From: Lingula anatina
Lineage: Eukaryota > Animalia > Brachiopoda
DNA: 64,000 bases
Direction: 5' to 3'
Assembly: GCA_051362555.1 (NCBI GenBank)
Contig: CM120641.1
Coordinates: 40,678,401 to 40,742,400 of the forward strand
Shown: one piece after another, positions 22,701-34,800 of the stretch
Position numbering within the stretch: position 1 is the stretch's first letter
Layout: every line of letters begins with the position of its first letter
The notes under the pieces: model-generated
The model's input: only the letters and a program-made list of their open reading frames with translations
Databases searched by the model: none
Told to the model about the DNA's origin: nothing
Translations under genes and position numbers: made by a program

Positions 22701-25700
22701 CTTTAATGAAGTGATCCGGGCGTGTTTCCACATTTTTTATGAATGACAGGTGTGGTAGATTAATTTTCATCACATTTCGGAAAAATTGGTGACGGGTCGT
22801 TTTTGGGTGATTTTGAGTGATTTTCATCAGGTCCGCGTACAGCAGATTTCTTCAATTTTGGCCAAAAAGGGAAGAAATTTTTTTTCTTCATTATAGTGAC
22901 CGGTAGGTGTGTTGGGTCATTTGTAGTCAGTATAAAGTACTGGAAGAGTGGTTGTGTCAATATTAAGGAAGAAAAAGAGCAAAAACTCTGGCCACCCCCC
23001 CTCTCTCCAGATCCTGTTTTCAGCTGTGTTTTTGGCTATCTTTAAAGCTGGAATTGGGGGCTTTAATGAAGTGATCCGGGCGTGTTTCCACATTTTTTAT
23101 GAATGACAGGTGTGGTAGATTAATTTTCATCACATTTCGGAAAAATTGGTGACGGGTCGTTTTTGGGTGATTTTGAGTGATTTTCATCAGGTCCGCGTAC
23201 AGCAGATTTCTTCAATTTTGGCCAAAAAGGGAAGAAATTTTTTTTTCTTCATTATAGTGACCGGTAGGTGTGTTGGGTCATTTGTAGTCAGTATAAAGTA
23301 CTGGAAGAGTGGTTGTGTCAATATTAAGGAAGAAAAAGAGCAAAAACTCTGGCCACCCCCCCTCTCTCCAGATCCTGTTTTCAGCTGTGTTTTTGGCTAT
23401 CTTTAAAGCTGGAATTGGGGGCTTTAATGAAGTGATCCGGGCGTGTTTCCACATTTTTTATGAATGACAGGTGTGGTAGATTAATTTTCGTCACATTTCG
23501 GAAAAATTGGTGACGGGTCGTTTTTGGGTGATTTTGAGTGATTTTCATCAGGTCCGCGTACAGCAGATTTCTTCAATTTTGGCCAAAAAGGGAAGAATTT
23601 TTTTTTTCTTCATTATAGTGACCGGTAGGTGTGTTGGGTCATTTGTAGTCAGTATAAAGTACTGGAAGAGTGGTTGTGTCAATATTAAGGAAGAAAAAGA
23701 GCAAAAACTCTGGCCACCCCCCCCCTCTCTCCAGATCCTGTTTTCAGCTGTGTTTTTGGCTATCTTTAAAGCTGGAATTGGGGGCTTTAATGAAGTGATC
23801 CGGGCGTGTTTCCACATTTTTTATGAATGACAGGTGTGGTAGATTAATTTTCATCACATTTCGGAAAAATTGGTGACGGGTCGTTTTTGGGTGATTTTGA
23901 GTGATTTTCATCAGGTCCGCCCGCGTACAGCAGATTTCTTCAATTTTGGCCAAAAAGGGAAGAAATTTTTTTTTCTTCATTATAGTGACCGGTAGGTGTG
24001 TTGGGTCATTTGTAGTCAGTATAAAGTACTGGAAGAGTGGTTGTGTCAATATTAAGGAAGAAAAAGAGCAAAAATTCTGGCCACCCCCCCTCTCTCCAGA
24101 TCCTGTTTTCAGCTGTGTTTTTGGCTATCTTTAAAGCTGGAATTGGGGGCTTTAATGAAGTGATCCGGGCGTTTTTCCACATTTTTTATGAATGACAGGT
24201 GTGGTAGATTAATTTTCATCACATTTCGGAAAAATTGGTGACGGGTCGTTTTTGGGTGATTTTGAGTGATTTTCATCAGGTCCGCCCGCGTACAGCAGAT
24301 TTCTTCAATTTTGGCCAAAAAGGGAAGAAATTTTTTTTTTCTTCATTATAGTGACCGGTAGGTGTGTTGGGTCATTTGTAGTCAGTATAAAGTACTGGAA
24401 GAGTGGTTGTGTCAATATTAAGGAAGAAAAAGAGCAAAAACTCTGGCCACCCCCCCTCTCTCCAGATCCTGTTTTCAGCTGTGTTTTTGGCTATCTTTAA
24501 AGCTGGAATTGGGGGCTTTAATGAAGTGCTCCGGGCGTGTTTCCACATTTTTTATGAATGACAGGTGTGGTAGATTAATTTTCATCACATTTCGGAAAAA
24601 TTGGTGACGGGTCGTTTTTGGGTGATTTTGAGTGATTTTCATCAGGTCCGCGTACAGCAGATTTCTTCAATTTTGGCCAAAAAGGGAAGAAATTTTTTTT
24701 TCTTCATTATAGTGACCGGTAGGTGTGTTGGGTCATTTGTAGTCAGTATAAAGTACTGGAAGAGTGGTTGTGTCAATATTAAGGAAGAAAAAGAGCAAAA
24801 ACTCTGGCCACCCCCCCTCTCTCCAGATCCTGTTTTCAGCTGTGTTTTTGGCTATCTTTAAAGCTGGAATTGGGGGCTTTAATGAAGTGCTCCGGGCGTG
24901 TTTCCACATTTTTTATGAATGACAGGTGTGGTAGATTAATTTTCATCACATTTCGGAAAAATTGGTGACGGGTCGTTTTTGGGTGATTTTGAGTGATTTT
25001 CATCAGGTCCGCGTACAGCAGATTTCTTCAATTTTGGCCAAAAAGGGAAGAAATTTTTTTTTCTTCATTATAGTGACCGGTAGGTGTGTTGGGTCATTTG
25101 TAGTCAGTATAAAGTACTGGAAGAGTGGTTGTGTCAATATTAAGGAAGAAAAAGAGCAAAAACTCTGGCCACCCCCCCTCTCTCCAGATCCTGTTTTCAG
25201 CTGTGTTTTTGGCTATCTTTAAAGCTGGAATTGGGGGCTTTAATGAAGTGCTCCGGGCGTGTTTCCACATTTTTTATGAATGACAGGTGTGGTAGATTAA
25301 TTTTCATCACATTTCGGAAAAATTGGTGACGGGTCGTTTTTGGGTGATTTTGAGTGATTTTCATCAGGTCCGCGTACAGCAGATTTCTTCAATTTTGGCC
25401 AAAAAGGGAAGAAATTTTTTGTTCTTCATTATAGTGACCGGTAGGTGTGTTGGGTCATTTGTAGTCAGTATAAAGTACTGGAAGAGTGGTTGTGTCAATA
25501 TTAAGGAAGAAAAAGAGCAAAAACTCTGGCCACCCCCCCTCTCTCCAGATCCTGTTTTCAGCTGTGTTTTTGGCTATCTTTAAAGCTGGAATTGGGGGCT
25601 TTAATGAAGTGATCCGGGCGTGTTTCCACATTTTTTATGAATGACAGGTGTGGTAGATTAATTTTCGTCACATTTCGGAAAAATTGGTGACGGGTCGTTT

Positions 25701-28700
25701 TTGGGTGATTTTGAGTGATTTTCATCAGGTCCGCGTACAGCAGATTTCTTCAATTTTGGCCAAAAAGGGAAGAAATTTTTTTTTCTTTATTATAGTGACC
25801 GGTAGGTGTGTTGGGTCATTTGTGGTCAGTATAAAGTACTGGAAGAGTGGTTGTGTCAATATTAAGGAAGAAAAAGAGCAAAAACTCTGGCCACCCCCCC
25901 TCTCTCCAGATCCTGTTTTCAGCTGTGTTTTTGGCTATCTTTAAAGCTGGAATTGGGGGCTTTAATGAAGTGATCCGGGCGTGTTTCCACATTTTTTATG
26001 AATGACAGGTGTGGTAGATTAATTTTCATCACATTTCGGAAAAATTGGTGACGGGTCGTTTTTGGGTGATTTTGAGTGATTTTCATCAGGTCCGCGTACA
26101 GCAGATTTCTTCAATTTTGGCCAAAAAGGGAAGAAATTTTTTTTTCTTCATTATAGTGACCGGTAGGTGTGTTGGGTCATTTGTAGTCAGTATAAAGTAC
26201 TGGAAGAGTGGTTGTGTCAATATTAAGGAAGAAAAAGAGCAAAAACTCTGGCCACCCCCCCTCTCTCCAGATCCTGTTTTCAGCTGTGTTTTTGGCTATC
26301 TTTAAAGCTGGAATTGGGGGCTTTAATGAAGTGATCCGGGCGTGTTTCCACATTTTTTATGAATGACAGGTGTGGTAGATTAATTTTCATCACATTTCGG
26401 AAAAATTGGTGACGGGTCGTTTTTGGGTGATTTTGAGTGATTTTCATCAGGTCCGCGTACAGCAGATTTCTTCAATTTTGGCCAAAAAGGGAAGAAATTT
26501 TTTTTCTTCATTATAGTGACCGGTAGGTGTGTTGGGTCATTTGTAGTCAGTATAAAGTACTGGAAGAGTGGTTGTGTCAATATTAAGGAAGAAAAAGAGC
26601 AAAAACTCTGGCCACCCCCCCTCTCTCCAGATCCTGTTTTCAGCTGTGTTTTTGGCTATCTTTAAAGCTGGAATTGGGGGCTTTAATGAAGTGATCCGGG
26701 CGTGTTTCCACATTTTTTATGAATGACAGGTGTGGTAGATTAATTTTCATCACATTTCGGAAAAATTGGTGACGGGTCGTTTTTGGGTGATTTTGAGTGA
26801 TTTTCATCAGGTCCGCGTACAGCAGATTTCTTCAATTTTGGCCAAAAAGGGAAGAAATTTTTTTTTCTTCATTATAGTGACCGGTAGGTGTGTTGGGTCA
26901 TTTGTAGTCAGTATAAAGTACTGGAAGAGTGGTTGTGTCAATATTAAGGAAGAAAAAGAGCAAAAACTCTGGCCACCCCCCCTCTCTCCAGATCCTGTTT
27001 TCAGCTGTGTTTTTGGCTATCTTTAAAGCTGGAATTGGGGGCTTTAATGAAGTGCTCCGGGCGTGTTTCCACATTTTTTATGAATGACAGGTGTGGTAGA
27101 TTAATTTTCATCACATTTCGGAAAAATTGGTGACGGGTCGTTTTTGGGTGATTTTGAGTGATTTTCATCAGGTCCGCGTACAGCAGATTTCTTCAATTTT
27201 GGCCAAAAAGGGAAGAAATTTTTTGTTCTTCATTATAGTGACCGGTAGGTGTGTTGGGTCATTTGTAGTCAGTATAAAGTACTGGAAGAGTGGTTGTGTC
27301 AATATTAAGGAAGAAAAAGAGCAAAAACTCTGGCCACCCCCCCTCTCTCCAGATCCTGTTTTCAGCTGTGTTTTTGGCTATCTTTAAAGCTGGAATTGGG
27401 GGCTTTAATGAAGTGATCCGGGCGTGTTTCCACATTTTTTATGAATGACAGGTGTGGTAGATTAATTTTCGTCACATTTCGGAAAAATTGGTGACGGGTC
27501 GTTTTTGGGTGATTTTGAGTGATTTTCATCAGGTCCGCGTACAGCAGATTTCTTCAATTTTGGCCAAAAAGGGAAGAAATTTTTTTTTCTTCATTATAGT
27601 GACCGGTAGGTGTGTTGGGTCATTTGTGGTCAGTATAAAGTACTGGAAGAGTGGTTGTGTCAATATTAAGGAAGAAAAAGAGCAAAAACTCTGGCCACCC
27701 CCCCTCTCTCCAGATCCTGTTTTCAGCTGTGTTTTTGGCTATCTTTAAAGCTGGAATTGGGGGCTTTAATGAAGTGATCCGGGCGTGTTTCCACATTTTT
27801 TATGAATGACAGGTGTGGTAGATTAATTTTCATCACATTTCGGAAAAATTGGTGACGGGTCGTTTTTGGGTGATTTTGAGTGATTTTCATCAGGTCCGCG
27901 TACAGCAGATTTCTTCAATTTTGGCCAAAAAGGGAAGAAATTTTTTTTTCTTCATTATAGTGACCGGTAGGTGTGTTGGGTCATTTGTAGTCAGTATAAA
28001 GTACTGGAAGAGTGGTTGTGTCAATATTAAGGAAGAAAAAGAGCAAAAACTCTGGCCACCCCCCCTCTCTCCAGATCCTGTTTTCAGCTGTGTTTTTGGC
28101 TATCTTTAAAGCTGGAATTGGGGGCTTTAATGAAGTGATCCGGGCGTGTTTCCACATTTTTTATGAATGACAGGTGTGGTAGATTAATTTTCATCACATT
28201 TCGGAAAAATTGGTGACGGGTCGTTTTTGGGTGATTTTGAGTGATTTTCATCAGGTCCGCGTACAGCAGATTTCTTCAATTTTGGCCAAAAAGGGAAGAA
28301 ATTTTTTTTCTTCATTATAGTGACCGGTAGGTGTGTTGGGTCATTTGTAGTCAGTATAAAGTACTGGAAGAGTGGTTGTGTCAATATTAAGGAAGAAAAA
28401 GAGCAAAAACTCTGGCCACCCCCCCTCTCTCCAGATCCTGTTTTCAGCTGTGTTTTTGGCTATCTTTAAAGCTGGAATTGGGGGCTTTAATGAAGTGATC
28501 CGGGCGTGTTTCCACATTTTTTATGAATGACAGGTGTGGTAGATTAATTTTCATCACATTTCGGAAAAATTGGTGACGGGTCGTTTTTGGGTGATTTTGA
28601 GTGATTTTCATCAGGTCCGCGTACAGCAGATTTCTTCAATTTTGGCCAAAAAGGGAAGAAATTTTTTTTTCTTCATTATAGTGACCGGTAGGTGTGTTGG

Positions 28701-28830
28701 GTCATTTGTAGTCAGTATAAAGTACTGGAAGAGTGGTTGTGTCAATATTAAGGAAGAAAAAGAGCAAAAACTCTGGCCACCCCCCCTCTCTCCAGATCCT
28801 GTTTTCAGCTGTGTTTTTGGCTATCTTTAA
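19790..28830. repeat. 10-monomer tandem duplication (3619-3620 bp) followed by a 5-monomer duplication (1804 bp); boundaries approximate
   Basis: Variant ORFs recur at 19888/23507, 20282/23901, 21703/25323/27127 and 22760/26380/28184. Confidence 0.85.
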
Positions 28831-31800
28831 AGCTGGAATTGGGGGCTTTAATGAAGTGATCCGGGCGTGTTTCCACATTTTTTATGAATGACAGGTGTGG
28901 TAGATTAATTTTCGTCACATTTTGGAAAAATTGGTGACGGGTCGTTTTTGGGTGATTTTGAGTGATTTTCATCAGGTCCGCGTACAGCAGATTTCTTCAA
29001 TTTTGGCCAAAAAGGGAAGAATTTTTTTTTTTCTTCATTATAGTGACCGGTAGGTGTGTTGGGTCATTTGTAGTCAGTATAAAGTACTGGAAGAGTGGTT
29101 GTGTCAATATTAAGGAAGAAAAAGAGCAAAAACTCTGGCCACCCCCCCTCTCTCCAGATCCTGTTTTCAGCTGTGTTTTTGGCTATCTTTAAAGCTGGAA
29201 TTGGGGGCTTTAATGAAGTGATCCGGGCGTGTTTCCACATTTTTTATGAATGACAGGTGTGGTAGATTAATTTTCGTCACATTTCGGAAAAATTGGTGAC
29301 GGGTCGTTTTTGGGTGATTTTGAGTGATTTTCATCAGGTCCGCGTACAGCAGATTTCTTCAATTTTGGCCAAAAAGGGAAGAAATTTTTTTTTCTTCATT
29401 ATAGTGACCGGTAGGTGTGTTGGGTCATTTGTAGTCAGTATAAAGTACTGGAAGAGTGGTTGTGTCAATATTAAGGAAGAAAAAGAGCAAAAACTCTGGC
29501 CACCCCCCCTCTCTCCAGATCCTGTTTTCAGCTGTGTTTTTGGCTATCTTTAAAGCTGGAATTGGGGGCTTTAATGAAGTGCTCCGGGCGTGTTTCCACA
29601 TTTTTTATGAATGACAGGTGTGGTAGATTAATTTTCATCACATTTCGGAAAAATTGGTGACGGGTCGTTTTTGGGTGATTTTGAGTGATTTTCATCAGGT
29701 CCGCGTACAGCAGATTTCTTCAATTTTGGCCAAAAAGGGAAGAAATTTTTTTTTCTTCATTATAGTGACCGGTAGGTGTGTTGGGTCATTTGTAGTCAGT
29801 ATAAAGTACTGGAAGAGTGGTTGTGTCAATATTAAGGAAGAAAAAGAGCAAAAACTCTGGCCACCCCCCCTCTCTCCAGATCCTGTTTTCAGCTGTGTTT
29901 TTGGCTATCTTTAAAGCTGGAATTGGGGGCTTTAATGAAGTGATCCGGGCGTGTTTCCACATTTTTTATGAATGACAGGTGTGGTAGATTAATTTTCATC
30001 ACATTTCGGAAAAACTGGTGACGGGTCGTTTTTGGGTGATTTTGAGTGATTTTCATCAGGTCCGCGTACAGCAGATTTCTTCAATTTTGGCCAAAAAGGG
30101 AAGAAATTTTTTTTTCTTCATTATAGTGACCGGTAGGTGTGTTGGGTCATTTGTAGTCAGTATAAAGTACTGGAAGAGTGGTTGTGTCAATATTAAGGAA
30201 GAAAAAGAGCAAAAACTCTGGCCACCCCCCCTCTCTCCAGATCCTGTTTTCAGCTGTGTTTTTGGCTATCTTTAAAGCTGGAATTGGGGGCTTTAATGAA
30301 GTGATCCGGGCGTGTTTCCACATTTTTTATGAATGACAGGTGTGGTAGATTAATTTTCATCACATTTCGGAAAAATTGGTGACGGGTCGTTTTTGGGTGA
30401 TTTTGAGTGATTTTCATCAGGTCCGCCCGCGTACAGCAGATTTCTTCAATTTTGGCCAAAAAGGGAAGAAATTTTTTTTTCTTCATTATAGTGACCGGTA
30501 GGTGTGTTGGGTCATTTGTAGTCAGTATAAAGTACTGGAAGAGTGGTTGTGTCAATATTAAGGAAGAAAAAGAGGAAAAATTCTGGCCACCCCCCCTCTC
30601 TCCAGATCCTGTTTTCAGCTGTGTTTTTGGCTATCTTTAAAGCTGGAATTGGGGGCTTTAATGAAGTGATCCGGGCGTTTTTCCACATTTTTTATGAATG
30701 ACAGGTGTGGTAGATTAATTTTCATCACATTTCGGAAAAATTGGTGACGGGTCGTTTTTGGGTGATTTTGAGTGATTTTCATCAGGTCCGCCCGCGTACA
30801 GCAGATTTCTTCAATTTTGGCCAAAAAGGGAAGAAATTTTTTTTTCTTCATTATAGTGACCGGTAGGTGTGTTGGGTCATTTGTAGTCAGTATAAAGTAC
30901 TGGAAGAGTGGTTGTGTCAATATTAAGGAAGAAAAAGAGCAAAAACTCTGGCCACCCCCCCTCTCTCCAGATCCTGTTTTCAGCTGTGTTTTTGGCTATC
31001 TTTAAAGCTGGAATTGGGGGCTTTAATGAAGTGCTCCGGGCGTGTTTCCACATTTTTTATGAATGACAGGTGTGGTAGATTAATTTTCATCACATTTCGG
31101 AAAAATTGGTGACGGGTCGTTTTTGGGTGATTTTGAGTGATTTTCATCAGGTCCGCGTACAGCAGATTTCTTCAATTTTGGCCAAAAAGGGAAGAAATTT
31201 TTTTTTCTTCATTATAGTGACCGGTAGGTGTGTTGGGTCATTTGTGGTCAGTATAAAGTACTGGAAGAGTGGTTGTGTCAATATTAAGGAAGAAAAAGAG
31301 CAAAAACTCTGGCCACCCCCCCTCTCTCCAGATCCTGTTTTCAGCTGTGTTTTTGGCTATCTTTAAAGCTGGAATTGGGGGCTTTAATGAAGTGATCCGG
31401 GCGTGTTTCCACATTTTTTATGAATGACAGGTGTGGTAGATTAATTTTCATCACATTTCGGAAAAATTGGTGACGGGTCGTTTTTGGGTGATTTTGAGTG
31501 ATTTTCATCAGGTCCGCGTACAGCAGATTTCTTCAATTTTGGCCAAAAAGAGAAGAAATTTTTTTTTCTTCATTATAGTGACCGGTAGGTGTGTTGGGTC
31601 ATTTGTAGTCAGTATAAAGTACTGGAAGAGTGGTTGTGTCAATATTAAGGAAGAAAAAGAGCAAAAACTCTGGCCACCCCCCCTCTCTCCAGATCCTGTT
31701 TTCAGCTGTGTTTTTGGCTATCTTTAAAGCTGGAATTGGGGGCTTTAATGAAGTGATCCGGGCGTGTTTCCACATTTTTTATGAATGACAGGTGTGGTAG

Positions 31801-34800
31801 ATTAATTTTCATCACATTTCGGAAAAATTGGTGACGGGTCGTTTTTGGGTGATTTTGAGTGATTTTCATCAGGTCCGCGTACAGCAGATTTCTTCAATTT
31901 TGGCCAAAAAGGGAAGAAATTTTTTTTTCTTCATTATAGTGACCGGTAGGTGTGTTGGGTCATTTGTAGTCAGTATAAAGTACTGGAAGAGTGGTTGTGT
32001 CAATATTAAGGAAGAAAAAGAGCAAAAACTCTGGCCACCCCCCCTCTCTCCAGATCCTGTTTTCAGCTGTGTTTTTGGCTATCTTTAAAGCTGGAATTGG
32101 GGGCTTTAATGAAGTGATCCGGGCGTGTTTCCACATTTTTTATGAATGACAGGTGTGGTAGATTAATTTTCATCACATTTCGGAAAAATTGGTGACGGGT
32201 CGTTTTTGGGTGATTTTGAGTGATTTTCATCAGGTCCGCGTACAGCAGATTTCTTCAATTTTGGCCAAAAAGGAAAGAAATTTTTTTTTCTTCATTATAG
32301 TGACCGGTAGGTGTGTTGGGTCATTTGTAGTCAGTATAAAGTACTGGAAGAGTGGTTGTGTCAATATTAAGGAAGAAAAAGAGCAAAAACTCTGGCCACC
32401 CCCCCTCTCTCCAGATCCTGTTTTCAGCTGTGTTTTTGGCTATCTTTAAAGCTGGAATTGGGGGCTTTAATGAAGTGATCCGGGCGTGTTTCCACATTTT
32501 TTATGAATGACAGGTGTGGTAGATTAATTTTCATCACATTTCGGAAAAATTGGTGACGGGTCGTTTTTGGGTGATTTTGAGTGATTTTCATCAGGTCCGC
32601 GTACAGCAGATTTCTTCAATTTTGGCCAAAAAGGGAAGAAATTTTTTTTTCTTCATTATAGTGACCGGTAGGTGTGTTGGGTCATTTGTGGTCAGTATAA
32701 AGTACTGGAAGAGTGGTTGTGTCAATATTAAGGAAGAAAAAGAGCAAAAACTCTGGCCACCCCCCCTCTCTCCAGATCCTGTTTTCAGCTGTGTTTTTGG
32801 CTATCTTTAAAGCTGGAATTGGGGGCTTTAATGAAGTGATCTGGGCGTGTTTCCACATTTTTTATGAATGACAGGTGTGGTAGATTAATTTTCATCACAT
32901 TTCGGAAAAATTGGTGACGGGTCGTTTTTGGGTGATTTTGAGTGATTTTCATCAGGTCCGCGTACAGCAGATTTCTTCAATTTTGGCCAAAAAGGGAAGA
33001 AATTTTTTTTTCTTCATTATAGTGACCGGTAGGTGTGTTGGGTCATTTGTAGTCAGTATAAAGTACTGGAAGAGTGGTTGTGTCAATATTAAGGAAGAAA
33101 AAGAGCAAAAACTCTGGCCACCCCCCCTCTCTCCAGATCCTGTTTTCAGCTGTGTTTTTGGCTATCTTTAAAGCTGGAATTGGGGGCTTTAATGAAGTGA
33201 TCCGGGCGTGTTTCCACATTTTTTATGAATGACAGGTGTGGTAGATTAATTTTCATCACATTTCGGAAAAATTGGTGACGGGTCGTTTTTGGGTGATTTT
33301 GAGTGATTTTCATCAGGTCCGCGTACAGCAGATTTCTTCAATTTTGGCCAAAAAGGGAAGAAATTTTTTTTTCTTCATTATAGTGACCGGTAGGTGTGTT
33401 GGGTCATTTGTAGTCAGTATAAAGTACTGGAAGAGTGGTTGTGTCAATATTAAGGAAGAAAAAGAGCAAAAACTCTGGCCACCCCCCCTCTCTCCAGATC
33501 CTGTTTTCAGCTGTGTTTTTGGCTATCTTTAAAGCTGGAATTGGGGGCTTTAATGAAGTGCTCCGGGCGTGTTTCCACATTTTTTATGAATGACAGGTGT
33601 GGTAGATTAATTTTCATCACATTTCGGAAAAATTGGTGACGGGTCGTTTTTGGGTGATTTTGAGTGATTTTCATCAGGTCCGCGTACAGCAGATTTCTTC
33701 AATTTTGGCCAAAAAGGGAAGAAATTTTTTTTTCTTCATTATAGTGACCGGTAGGTGTGTTGGGTCATTTGTAGTCAGTATAAAGTACTGGAAGAGTGGT
33801 TGTGTCAATATTAAGGAAGAAAAAGAGCAAAAACTCTGGCCACCCCCCCTCTCTCCAGATCCTGTTTTCAGCTGTGTTTTTGGCTATCTTTAAAGCTGGA
33901 ATTGGGGGCTTTAATGAAGTGATCCGGGCGTGTTTCCACATTTTTTATGAATGACAGGTGTGGTAGATTAATTTTCGTCACATTTCGGAAAAATTGGTGA
34001 CGGGTCGTTTTTGGGTGATTTTGAGTGATTTTCATCAGGTCCGCGTACAGCAGATTTCTTCAATTTTGGCCAAAAAGGGAAGAAATTTTTTTTTCTTCAT
34101 TATAGTGACCGGTAGGTGTGTTGGGTCATTTGTAGTCAGTATAAAGTACTGGAAGAGTGGTTGTGTCAATATTAAGGAAGAAAAAGAGCAAAAACTCTGC
34201 CCACCCCCCCTCTCTCCAGATCCTGTTTTCAGCTGTGTTTTTGGCTATCTTTAAAGCTGGAATTGGGGGCTTTAATGAAGTGATCCGGGCGTGTTTCCAC
34301 ATTTTTTATGAATGACAGGTGTGGTAGATTAATTTTCATCACATTTCGGAAAAATTGGTGACGGGTCGTTTTTGGGTGATTTTGAGTGATTTTCATCAGG
34401 TCCGCCCGCGTACAGCAGATTTCTTCAATTTTGGCCAAAAAGGGAAGAAATTTTTTTTTCTTCATTATAGTGACCGGTAGGTGTGTTGGGTCATTTGTAG
34501 TCAGTATAAAGTACTGGAAGAGTGGTTGTGTCAATATTAAGGAAGAAAAAGAGCAAAAATTCTGGCCACCCCCCCTCTCTCCAGATCCTGTTTTCAGCTG
34601 TGTTTTTGGCTATCTTTAAAGCTGGAATTGGGGGCTTTAATGAAGTGATCCGGGCGTGTTTCCACATTTTTTATGAATGACAGGTGTGGTAGATTAATTT
34701 TCATCACATTTCGGAAAAATTGGTGACGGGTCGTTTTTGGGTGATTTTGAGTGATTTTCATCAGGTCCGCGTACAGCAGATTTCTTCAATTTTGGCCAAA

